64,000 nt of DNA from Octopus sinensis (Eukaryota): NCBI RefSeq assembly GCF_006345805.1, contig NC_043007.1:58900001-58964000 (forward strand). The letters are read 5' to 3'. The notes under the pieces were generated by a model, which did no database searches, had not been told where the DNA came from, and saw only the letters and a list, made by a program, of their open reading frames with translations. The stretch's first letter is position 1; every line of letters starts with the position of its first letter. Of this stretch, positions 14,401-26,583 are shown one piece after another. The translations under genes and the position numbers were made by a program.

Positions 14401-14790
14401 CAAACAGCACTAATCTCAGTCTTAGCAGGTCCTGTCACTATACCTTGTTGTAATTCATTTTTGTTAAATGCTACATCAACAACCATTTTTGTACCTAAAA
14501 CAGTTAAATTAAGCCAGTTAGAAACAAAAAGAAAATTTTGAGATAAAGAGAGGGGATTGAAACCAAACTAAGCTTAACAGGACCACCAATGAGATAGATA
14601 CTTAAATCTAAAACTACAGTAAAGCATTATCACAGAAATTTCAAATGAAGAATTTTAATCAGATTTAATCAGATACACAGTTTTGCTGCTGACAAAATCT
14701 TAATTCAACAACTGACACTTCTCATATGGAATAGCAGTTCTAATTTAAAATTTTGCTATAGTCAAGGAAATCATCAGAATCACTAGCATA

Positions 14791-15636
14791 CAAGGTGGTG
14801 GTAATAAGTTCCCAAAGAAGTAGTGTTTAATAAAAAATAACTTAGTTTTAACATCATCTCCTTCAAAATAGTCACTGTGTGCACCAATACACCAGTCCCA
14901 TGTGTTCCAGCCACTTTTGGAATCCAGCCTGGAAGTTGCTTTCCCTAACTTAGTCATGGTCTTTCAGCAATTCATTCTTGATGTCGACAACGATGACCTT
15001 TGAGCAGCACTGTCATTTTGGGGAAGAGATGGAAGCCTGGTGAACAGGGTGAGAGCAGAAGTGATGCCATGTTTTTGGTGAGAAACTCACAAGTGAAGAG
15101 AGCTTGGTGACACTGTGCATTGTTGTCATGAAAAATCCAATTCTTCATGCTCCACAGATCCAGCCACTTTTGCCAAGTGTCCTCCCCAAATACTTCAAAA
15201 CATTGTCGATTCCCTTCCAATGATCCTCATGCACAAGCTGATGAATTTTCTCTGCGTTTCTGGGGGTGGGGGTGAGGTGACACTTGTGTAGTCTTCCAGG
15301 GATGTTCTTCCACTTTTGAAGCACCTGTATTATTTGAAACATTGCGTATGATCCATTGCTTCATTGCCGTAAGCTTGCTGAAGCATGCTCAATGTCTTTG
15401 TAGCAAACCTCCTAAATTTAATGCAAAATTTCATGTTGGCTCTTTGTTCCAACTTCTTGTCTATGACAAAATCACAGGATCACAAAAATTTAATAATTTG
15501 CAAAGTAAACACAGCAATGTCAATTGGCACACTGCCTCATGAAGGTCACTGCTACCTCTCACTGCGCATGCAACTGTGTGCTGTCAGTTGTTGGTGCGCT
15601 ACAGAACTAGTCTGGGAACTTTTTGATACCACCTCA
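14791..15636 (-). mobile_element. Decayed, internally deleted mariner transposon
   Basis: WIFHDNNAQCH..EFLTKN..PCSP..FHLFPKM..LKGHR resembles mariner HDNA/YSPDLAP/FHLFP motifs. Imperfect TIRs TA|CAAGGTGGTGGTAATAAGTTCCCA and TGGGAACTTTTTGATACCACCTC. Confidence 0.85.
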
Positions 15637-16811
15637 AACAGTCAAAAACGTAACCATCCAGCATCAAAACTTTAGTTACTTTCATACCATAAGGTCTGCT
15701 TGACCAAGGGTAAGCAGTCTTAAACAATCCTCAATACATTCATCTCTCAGAAATAGGAAGCATAAGTCATTCAATCCTTTCAAGTTAATGGGTTCAGTCT
15801 CATACTTTGCCCTTAATAAAGGAGTGGAAATGTTTGAAATTCTATTGAATTAATGTCAAGCTTTTCATTGTTGTCAAATTCCAACCCTTAATCTTCATTT
15901 AGATTTTTGTTATTTTATTTATTTTGTGTAATTGTGTTACAGTGATTTCAAATTTTTATAAGCAAAAATTTAAGCAAAGTTATCGAAAAGATGCTTTAAA
16001 GAGTTTGTGCAGAAGGGGTTAATAGCTTGCTACAGATGTGGCAGAAAAACCAAACTTACAAATTAATGTCGTAAATGTGTAAACACTAGAAAATGAATCT
16101 CAAGTGAGCTTACATATCTCTTCACTACTTTATGATTTAAAAAGATCTTTATATCACTTTGTTCTTCAACAAGCCATGCGATTTATAATTATCATCAAAA
16201 CAAAGAAAACATTTACAAGGAGCCTAGATTTTTACCTGCTCTAAAATGACACGTCAACACAATGGGAAGAGAGTAAGACTTATCCATCTAAGAAAAGTTT
16301 AACTACTTGTTATATAGTGTTTGAACCAAAATCAATGCAAGACTAAGATATCCAACCACCTAGAGTTGCTTTTAGGGTTCTTTTTCCATGTCAACAAAGA
16401 TTAGAGAAATGCTACTGAGGAAATGTTCTCTAGCTAACCACCCTTTCTGAATGCTAATCCTTATCTATTTTTCAAATAAGAGAGTTCTTATTCCATATAG
16501 CTTTGAAGGCAAGATACTATTTATTGAGGGCAGTGTCAAGAACAATACAATTCAAACTTCATAGCTTTCATATGAGCAGACACACATGCAAAAATGCATG
16601 CACCCATACACATGACAGGATTCTTTTTTAGGTCCTGTCTACTAAATTCATTCTCAAAGCTTTAGTTGCCCAAGGTACAGTAAACTGAAACTGAGCCAGA
16701 AACCAGCTGGTTGGAAAAGAGAATTTCATAACCACAGAGCCATGCCATTATATATGTCCCAGCATAGTCACAGTCTGAAACTGACAATAGATTATAACAG
16801 CCAATATATAG

Positions 16812-17005
16812 CAGCGAGCTGGTAAGCATTAGCATGCCAAGCAAAATGCTAAGTATTTCACTCGTTACATTCTCAGTTCAAATTCCACCAAGGTTCACTT
16901 TGCCATTCATCCTTTCAGGGTCGATAAAATACCAGTTGAACACAGGGGCTGACTTACATCCTCCACCCCAAATTACTGGCCTTGTGCTAAAATTTGAAGC
17001 CAATA
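16812..17005 (+). mobile_element. SINE family B
   Basis: GCAGCGAGCTGG head, GTTCAAATTCC B-box, and the CATTCATCCTTTCAGGGTCGATAAAATACCAG central domain. Confidence 0.8.
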
Positions 17006-17099
17006 TATATATATGCTGGTTGGTTGATTTCTCCAGTCATGCCTTATATCATATAGAGTTTGCTAGAGAGAGCGAGAGATAGTGAGAGAGAGTGTCTTA

Positions 17100-17452
17100 T
17101 ATTTTACTTGTTTCAGTCATTTGACTGTGACCATGTGCAGCACCACTTCAAAAGGTTTTGAGGTGAACAACCCCAGGATTCATTTATTGAAGCTTAGTGG
17201 GTTGGCGAAAGAGACCAATAGAAAAAGTACTATGTTACAAGGACGTAAACACACTAATACTGGTTGTCAAGCGGCGGTGGTTGACAAATAGAAATTTCCA
17301 CACACACACAATGAGCATCTTTCAGTTTCAATCTGCAAAATCCACTTGCACGGTTTTGGTCAGCCCAAAGATATAGAAAGACACTTGGCCAAAATATCAC
17401 ACAGTGGGACTGAACCCAGAACTCTGTGGTTGGGAAGCAAGCTTCTTACCAC
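17100..17452 (-). mobile_element. SINE family A, decayed
   Basis: TTTTACTTGTTTCAGTCATTTGACTG tail through GGGAAGCAAGCTTCTTACCACAC head. Confidence 0.85.
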
Positions 17453-18147
17453 ACACACACACACAAACATATATATGTCGTGTGCTGTACATTATACAAT
17501 ATTTAAAATTTAAAAAAAAAAAAGATCAATAGTCAGAACATTATGTTTGCACTTTTATCAGCTTCACTATTTCTAATATGTCTTTAAATATAAATATTCC
17601 AATTTTGTCATCTTACATTCTCAAAATTAAAGGTGTAGTACATTCTGAAATGCACACAGGTATGTAAGCTAACATTAGCATACACAAATAACAAATCCAC
17701 TGAGTTTAACAATCACAAAATATGCTACAAACTTTACGTTTCTTTCATATACACTCTACTAAACCAAAACTAACTGGGGATTACTACTCTAGGTGCTATC
17801 ATATAAAAATGATGTTTATTCAGTCCATAAATGCAGTGGACTTAATTGTCTGACCTTTCATGATCAGAAGTATCAATCCATTGATTAGTCTGTATTAGAT
17901 TCAAGTGGTAGTGATGAGGTTGAATTTATGACACTCAAGCTTTACTTAAAGAGTGTTACAAGTACATGAAAAGAGCCACAATAGGAATTGGTCCCCAAGT
18001 AACAAACCATGCATCAATAATTTACCACCAACACAGTATGGTACTCAACAATACCACACTAATGTACATATGCATACTCTTATGCTATATAGTACAATGC
18101 TAGAAAAGAGATAACCAAGAGACATTTTACTCAGCATGAATGATAGC

Positions 18148-18410
18148 ACCATCATCATTATTTAGTATCTGTTTTCTAAGCTGGCATGGGTAAGACGGTT
18201 TGACTGGATCAGGTAAACAAGAGACCTGCACCAGTCTGGTTTGGGTTTTTTTAAGGTTGAATGCCCTTCCTAATGCCAACCACTTTACAGAGTGTACTGG
18301 GTGTTTTTACATGTCACCAGCACTGGTAATGGCCACAATTCACTTAGCTTGACATGTCTTCTCAAGCACAGCAAATCGCCAGGAGTCTCAGTCACTTGTC
18401 ATTGCCTCTA
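18148..18410 (-). mobile_element. RTE 3' fragment
   Basis: (CAT)n, GCTGGCATGGG, ATGCCCTTCCTAATGCCAACCAC. Homologous to 25255-25650. Confidence 0.75.
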
Positions 18411-19342
18411 AGAAGCTAAAACAGAGCTACAAAAGTTTTAAAGCTTTTATTACCATATTTCTGTTAAAATACTCTGCCTTTCATCTCAATTTTTAAAATG
18501 AAGAATGTAGTAAAATAACATTGTCATTAAGATAGTCTTTGAAACAAAAATTACCATGGAAATTTGATTGATTTTAATTTAGATCACTTTAAATCACTAC
18601 ATCTGTACCATAGATCTAGAGGCCAGTCTCAGGTAAGTTGGAATAAAAAAAAAATTTTTTAAACCCCACTGCTCCCATACACTTACAAATGATTCAAGCA
18701 AACTTTTTAAAAAGGTATATATTTTACAGTCACAAAAATTATTGAATGTTTTTTTTTTTTTTATCCTACAAGGAAGATCAGAGTTCCAAGTTAGCATTGA
18801 TCAAGCAGGTTATTGATCAAAGCCATTCTATTTGTGATTATCCTGTTTCCTGGCCCCATCCCTGGATAGTTTTCTAGGACTAGCGTCCAGGTTGTATAGA
18901 ATTTGAACTTGGAACCAAGTTTAATATATAGGTAATTAGGTAATATTATATTAACACTAAGATAATTATAAGTGTCAAAGTTTGGGTATATACTTACACA
19001 TTCAGTGGGCATATAATATATATCGAAATTTGAATTTCATATTAGAAAAAAAATCATTTCTAGATTAACATTAACTTAAGACTTAAAATCGATTTATTAC
19101 AAAATATGCAAGTGCACGCACTCACACAAGATCAAACCCTCAATATGCCATTCGCAAATTGAAAGTGAATACAATAATATTTTCACCAGTTGCAAAGTCC
19201 AAGCAACACTATCTAGGAAGGGTTTTTGGTCTAACTGCTTGAATTCAGTGTAGTAGCAGTGGTAAAGAGAATCCCCTCCTTCCCACTTCCTCATTACATC
19301 ACTTTAGTAATATTTTAATTTTACTATAGCAAAAAATGGCTG

Positions 19343-19604
19343 CACTAGAGCTCACGTGAAAAAGCAATTTATCTAATTGGTTAACAACTACTAGAGCTCA
19401 TATGTGAAAGCAATTTATGTGGCTGGTTAACGCCACTAGATCTCATGTGAGAATCTGGTTGATTATCAAACCACTATAGCTGAGGTGAAGTAATCTGCTT
19501 AGCTAACAAACATTAGAGGGTCATGTGAAGTAAACTGGTTGGTTAACAACCACTAAGATCTCATGTGAGGGAGCAATTTATGTGTTTGGCTAAGAACCAC
19601 TAGC
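19343..19604. repeat. Degenerate 38-47 bp tandem repeat, about 6 units
   Basis: Units start at 19343, 19389, 19434, 19472, 19511, 19551 and 19598. Consensus CACTAGAGCTCAYGTGA...GGTTAACAAC. Confidence 0.85.
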
Positions 19605-20169
19605 ATTTCAAATGCATCAGTTATCCAGGCTAGCTCAGTTACTGTACAAATTAACAGATTTATCACCAGGACACCACAAAGATCCATTATTCAATGTAAG
19701 GAATTTGGAGTGCAGTTGTCATGATTCATAGTGACTTTAAGAAATGTAAGATTTTTTTCCTAAGAGCTGAGTATATTTTCCCAATATTGGTAGAGTTTGG
19801 GCAAACCAGAAAACAACGGTCTCATATTACTTAGTTTGCAGCAACCTGCATGTGGAGTTAATTTTCAACGAAGTTGACTTTACTTTTTATCTTGTAAGAA
19901 TAGATCAAATGTTAGCTACATTCAACTTACTGTACGCACTGTACTTCAAACAGTGCATTTTTGTTGGCTCATTGTACATTAATTTTTCCACATTAGCATG
20001 AGTTAGATGAATATATTACTGAGGCATTGTTTTACAGCCAGATTAACCCTTAATTGTTTATAAGTAAAGGATCCCTTATTCCCCACATTTTTGAAAGTAC
20101 AATGCTAATGGTCAATTTCTTGACTTGGATACTTGTAGCTCAGCAATTTTCAGAGTAATGCATATGTAA

Positions 20170-20330
20170 ACACACACACATCTTTTGCAGCTGCCTACTA
20201 AATTTAACCGGAAGGATTTGGTCAGCCCAGGAAGAAACATGCCCAAGGTACTGCACAGTATGACTGAACCTGAAATCATGTGACTGAAAAGCAAACTTCT
20301 TAATCATATAGCCATGCCTGCCTGCACCTG
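20170..20330 (-). mobile_element. SINE family A head-containing fragment
   Basis: GGATTTGGTCAGCCC..GCCCAAGGT..ACTGAACCTGAAATCATGTG..CATAGCC-like head end. Confidence 0.75.
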
Positions 20331-20368
20331 TAGAAAAAAATTCTTTTGTAATTGAAACTGTGACACTA

Positions 20369-20736
20369 GGGGTAGGCATGGTTGAATGGTTAAGAAGTTT
20401 GCATTGCAAACTATATGGTTTCAGGTTCTGTCCCACATCAAGGCACTTTAGATAAGTGTCTCCTCTATAGCCCAAGCCAACCAATGCTTTGAGAATGAAG
20501 TTGGGAGACGAACTGAAGAAGCCCATTGGGTGTATGTGTGTGTGTTCATATACCTATCACCACTTGACTACTGGTGTTATGTTTATACTCCCGTAACTTA
20601 GCAGTTCAGTAAAAGCAACTGACAGAATAAATACCAGACTTAGAGAAGTACTGGGATTGATCTGTTTGACTAAACCCTTCAAGGCAGGGTCCCTGTATGG
20701 CCACAGTTCAATGACTGAAACAAGTAGAAAGTAAAA
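20369..20736 (+). mobile_element. SINE family A, full length, decayed
   Basis: Head through tail ATGGCCACAGTTCAATGACTGAAACAAGTAG. Confidence 0.85.
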
Positions 20737-22278
20737 GGAATGTGTGTGTGTGTTAGCAAAATGAAACTGTCAGCTGATGCTTTATTTTCCTCATTCATAG
20801 AAAGTGATGAGCTCAACAGTTCTTGGAACTGTTCCATCCAGTGCCCTAGAATAGATGTCCATAAAAGATGGAAGTATGGTAAGATCAGTGTAATTGTCTC
20901 CATTGACCAATAAACTTTTAGTACTCTGAACATCTGAGTTTATTCTTTTAGTTGTCTCAATTTATGACACAAATCCAGCTCACAAGTAATGCAAATGTTT
21001 AGACACACACACAAAGTAATCTTTACCTTTTGTTTCGGACATTAGACTGTGGTCATGCCGGGGCATCACCTTGAAGAATTTGTTGTTGAAGGAATCAAAC
21101 CCAGTACTTTTTTCTTTTTAGCTTGGTACTTTGGGCTTCTTTCAGTTTCCATCTAGCAAATTCACTCACAAGGATTTGGTTGGCCAGAGGCCATAGTAGA
21201 CATTTGCCCAAGATGCCACACAATGAGACTAAACCTGGAACCATGTGGTTGGGCAGCAAACATAAATTTGTGGTTGAAAAGCTCTATATTGCAATAAAAT
21301 TACAGAATTGCCATTCATTTAAATGCAAATTAAGCATAAAATTGAAACATTTATAGTGTTTGATCTAAATTATATGAAAGTTTGTCTTGAGAGAAAAAAA
21401 AATTATGGTTCTATATCTAATTATCCAGGAATATTTAAATATATCAAAACCCAATATTAAAATTGAGTCAAATATAAACTCAATGTTTCCTAGAAATCAA
21501 TGGCCTTATAAGGCTGAGAATCAATTACTGAATAGAATAAGTAAATTGAGGAATTTCTCTTAAAAGTCCAGATGCTCATTCTTCAGTTACGTATATTTAA
21601 ATTAAATATCCTATTCAGAATGACTATAAAAACACTTGCAGTGAAGTATGCCATCACAATTCGTGGACCAATAATATGACAAAGCCTATCCAATCTATAT
21701 GAAGACAAAATGAAAAATTACTAATAAAGTCCATAAAAGAAAATGTAGAAAGATGTTACGTCTAGAGTGAAAGGAGGGAGAGGAAGGGAAAGTGAGAGGG
21801 GAGCTTGTGCATAATTTAATTGCACAAATGTATAAATAATTAGATGAAAAAAATGGTGTTTATATGTGCATGTGCTAACTAGAGTTGTAATCTAATAGCT
21901 GTAAAAGCCTACTCAGATTTAGATTTACTGCATACTAGAATTTAATAATATATCAAATTCAAAAATATAAAATTGCACTCACTCTCTCACACAATTATTA
22001 CAACTAAAGTTACAAATTTCAATGGAGGAAAGAGGAAAACATGCAGCATAATGTCTTACATTAAAAACTGAAAATTTCACAAGCTTTAAGAGAGCTTCAG
22101 ATAAGTTGTTTGTTCTACTGATCAATCTAACACCATAACATCTTCAAAATGAAGACCATCTGTTTTTTTAAAAAAGGTTTCAACTTAAACATTGATCATT
22201 ATATTAACGATGGTTGTTAATTATTCTAAATTTTCAAAGGGTGTGGCTTTAAGCATTATTCAATTTTCCTCCTATTAC

Positions 22279-22347
22279 CAGTGAAGGAATGAGCTGCTTC
22301 GTATTGCAGATGAAAAAAAAAACCTCATTCTGAATGCCTGTAGTCAG
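22279..22347 (-). other. Candidate 69-nt cassette (poison or UTR) exon of ZFAND3
   Basis: Long pyrimidine tract ttttttcttcttctttcttatttcttacag|CTGAC and donor CACTG|gtaata. In-frame TGA if joined to exon 2. Confidence 0.35.
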
Positions 22348-23842
22348 CTGTAAGAAATAAGAAAGAAGAAGAAAAAAGTTCCACACAACATTGAGGCAAT
22401 GACCTCATTAAAAAAGCCATTTTCCATTGGAGATTTCCTCAACTGGGTCTCACTACTTTTGTCAAGCCATTCCACAGCCATCTTAAATGTACTGCTATTC
22501 ACTTTGTAATAAGTCTACATATCACTAACAATAACTACTAAAATATCTGTCAGTCTTAGAATGAAAAAAAAAAAAAAGAATCTTCCAAGATGGGAAGGGT
22601 ATGCCTGTTTCTCTCCCCCTCTACAAATAGTAGCACTTCTGTTATTTCTAAATTCTACTAATATAGTATTGAAACCTAAGATCATTAATCTGGTTCATAT
22701 CATTACATTTGTCAAAGTCTGATGGCCAAAAATCTTCAGCAAATTTTACTACCTTGATTCAACAAAACCCCCAAATTAGTTTTGTTTAGGATAACAAAGC
22801 CATTTCCTGTAAGCCATAAACTACTAATTCTTTACTTAAATTCCAATATACTTAGTTTATTAAAAGTAAATTTAGGATTTTGAAATAATGCAAACTGAAA
22901 TAATGGCCAGGACAGCATTGCCATGGAAAATTAATTAAAAACATCATCAGTAGCCCCAATCAAATACAAAATTTTAACTTAACCATCAACATCTATACAA
23001 TATGTATACATAGAAATGTAACACTTAGAGAAAATACATGACCCACTCAGATTTCTGTATACTTGTTCCAAATTGAAAATAAAAAAAAAGCTATAAAAAA
23101 TTTCAGATAATGTATGTGCTAATATATGAATAAATAATGGTACTGTTCATTTTCAGTTGTTTTTCCATGCTAGCATGGGTTAGACAAATGTTATAGAGGA
23201 ATTACTCATTTTTCAAATAATTTCTTATTTCATGTATCTTTTGAATGTAGGAAGCAAGAAGATCATTTCTTGAAAGAGCAGTGACAACAATAACTGCTCA
23301 TATCAAGCCAACTATTATAGAGTAGTAAATGTAAACACACAAAATGGACTTTTAGTTTCTATCTACCAAACGCATTTACAAGGGTTTGGTTGGCCCCCAG
23401 GGCTATTGTAGAAGACACTTGCCTTGAGTGCTGCACAGTGAGATTAAACCAGAAGTTGTGATTGGGAAGAGAATTTCAGTCAAAATAAATTGAAAATAGA
23501 ATGACCCAAAAATGAATCAAGGAATGTATATCAAAATAAAAATACAAAGATTTTCTTACCCATGAGATACAATTAAGAATCTGTGAAATAAATGAATGTA
23601 CACACACAAAGAAAAAAATGCCCCACACTTCAGATTTATTTATAATACATAGTGTTCTTTATGGCAACTACTAGAGTTTATAAATGAGCCTGCTTTGAGT
23701 AAATATCTCATTTATCATCTTACTGATGAAGTGAATTTTTTAAACATGCATTTATCTCACATAAACACTTGGGTTGAGAATGAAAAATAAAACTTTTGAT
23801 ATGATTTACTTTGTCTATTTCATTCACATTATATATATATAT

Positions 23843-23887
<45 letters not shown>

Positions 23888-24719
23888 AATAAACCCAATT
23901 ATCAGTCTAGCCACACATTAAGTCTATTTAGCTCTTTCCACAGACATTGCACAAATATACATTCTCAATATATTTACTGAACATTTACAGGTGTAACTTC
24001 AATTGCAACATTTAAATTTTATATCCAAAATTAGGAAGGTCTCATTACAGAGAATTCTACCATTAAGGAGTGTTTGTGCAAATATCTCTTTGTAGTCTTA
24101 CTGCTGAAATGAACAGTCGCTTTTTGCATGTATTTCTCTCATAGAAACATAGTTATGTCCAGAGTTTAAAATATATTTTTATCTTTTTCTACTAGTTTTC
24201 TTGACAGAGGTCAAGCTGGGGCACAGATTTCAATAGTTTAGTCATATTCATCCTCCCAACAGGACTTATTTCATCAACATATTTCTCAACTCACTAAATT
24301 ACACATTTTGAAAACAACACTTATTTAAATACAGATACACACACAAACTTCTGTTCCACTCACAAATTACTCAATCCAAGGCTCTAGCCGATGCCTTTCA
24401 GTGAAACTGAACTAACATAACTGCAATGTCAGTGATAGGTAAATTGTATTTGTTAATATTGGACATTTGTCTAATCTGACGATTTTGCAATTCCTGCTGT
24501 CCATGAGGCAAACATACACAAATGTCTCGGGCTCCTCAGGTTGTAGCTAAAGACTATGAATTAGGTGGTAGCATTGTCTTAGAATTTTATAAATTATGTT
24601 TTATGGTAGTCTGTAAATTTCTAGCAATCTTATAGATTACTAATCAACAATGGAATTTTCATGAGCACTCATTACATCAAATTTTGTTCCATAGTTAAAG
24701 CATTACATACATAGACTAT

Positions 24720-25030
24720 AGCAAAGTGAAACAATTATATAAAGAGTAAAGGACCCCTTCGGTTATGGATGACCATGGGACTGCACCTAGAAAGTTACTC
24801 TGCAGGGCATAATCCAGGCAAGGTTGTTTATGGAAGATCAGCAGTTGCCCATGCATACCAGTCTCCCCTCTCCATGCTACTGATGTTATCCAAAGGAAAG
24901 GCAAAGGCCAACACAGTGATGTTGCAACTCATTTCTACAGCTGAATGAACTGGAGCAATACGAAATAAAGTTTCTTGCCTGGTCCAGGAATTGAACTAAC
25001 TACCTCATGACTGTGAGCCCAATGCTCTGG
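24720..25030 (-). mobile_element. SINE family C
   Basis: Reverse complement of the 42284 family: GTTGCAACTCATTTCTACAGCTGAATGAACTGGAGCAA. Confidence 0.8.
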
Positions 25031-25254
25031 ACTGGAAGAATTGTTAGGGAATTGAACCAAACACTTAGCTATATTTGTTCCAAGTTCAAATCATGCTGAA
25101 GTCAAGTGCTTTTAATCTTTCTGATATTGATTCAGGGTGACTTGCATAATTAACTGCTTCCACCCAACAAATTTGAGGCCATGTGCCTTATGAAGTTGTA
25201 AGAAAAAAAAAGCCTAATTTACACCAACATAGAATAATCTATTATATATATATA

Positions 25255-26088
25255 TCATCATCAATATCGTTTAATGTCCGCTTTCCATGCTGACATGGGT
25301 TGGATAGCTTGACTGAGGACTGGCAAGCCACGAGGCTGCATAAGGTTACAATCTGATCTGGCAAGGTTTCTACAGCTGGATGCCTTTCCTAATGCCAACC
25401 ACTCTGCAAGTGTAGTGGGTGCTTTTTACATGCTACTGGCACAGCGGCCAGTCAAGTGGCACTGGCATCAACCACACTTGAGTGGTGCTTTTTATGTGCT
25501 ACGACTATGATTTCATTCAACTCAACAGGTCTTCTCAAGCACAGTATAACTGCCCAATGATTGAAGATTATGCAACACTGGCATCAGCCATGATTTTGCT
25601 TCTTCTCAATCACAGCATATCTCAATGGGTCTCGGATGCTTTCCACTGCCTCTGTGAGGCCCAACATTTGAAGGTCATGCTTCACCTCATCCAACGTCTT
25701 CCTGGATCTACCTCTTCCACTGTTAGGGTGTGACACTTTTTCACACAGCTGTCCTCATCCATATGCAATACATGGCTTACACTGTTGTATATGCACACTG
25801 ACATTACACATCCAGCAGAGCATACTAGCTTCATTTTTTTCAAATGTCATCAGCAGTCACAGCCCATATTTCACTGCCGTGAAACAAGTGTTTGTGCACA
25901 TACATCATACAGTGTCTTTCACTCTGAGGGAGAGGCCCTTTGTTACCAACAGAGGTAGAAGCTCCCTGAACTTTGCCCAGGCTACTATTCTTATTTTGGC
26001 AGCTACGCTCTCAGAGCATCCACCCCTGCTACTGACTTGGTCACCTAGGAAATGGAAGCTATCAACTACTTCTAGTTTCCCCCCTTGG
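25255..26088 (-). mobile_element. 5'-truncated RTE LINE
   Basis: KLEVVDSFHFLGDQVSSRGGCSESVAAKIRIVAWAKFRELLPLLVTKGLSLRVK (post-RT region), then 3'UTR and (TGA)n tail. Confidence 0.85.
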
Positions 26089-26092
26089 TATA

Positions 26093-26151
<59 letters not shown>

Positions 26152-26583
26152 TTATATACACCTTTAGCTATTCTGGGGTTCTGCTTTCAAGTGATTTAAT
26201 CAATGATATCAACCCAGTATTAGCTCTTGTTCACTATTTATTTGGCCCATCTCTGGATCATGTCAACTGATTACAAAATGAAGAAAGGAGAGAGGTAGGT
26301 CAAATCAAATATGCTAATTCTAGCTATGAAAGAGTCCAACAAATTTGCAAACTTAAAACCAAAGCTGTTACAATTCTCCTTCATATATTATCTTTAAATG
26401 TGTGTTACATGATTATATATCTAATTAGTGTTTTCCCATCTAGCAAGTGCTCATGATAACCACCTAATTATAATTATCAGTTAGGATGAGCAAGGCAACA
26501 ATGCTTCAGGGGATAAATGTATTGCTAAATGGAGGAACAGCTTCAGAAGGTCACATGCTTAAGTGGGGTTTGTAAAGTGATTA

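Noticed and set aside
19343-19604. CRISPR-like repeat/spacer appearance
   Set aside because: Eukaryotic intron, repeats are degenerate, spacers resemble each other, and there are no cas genes.
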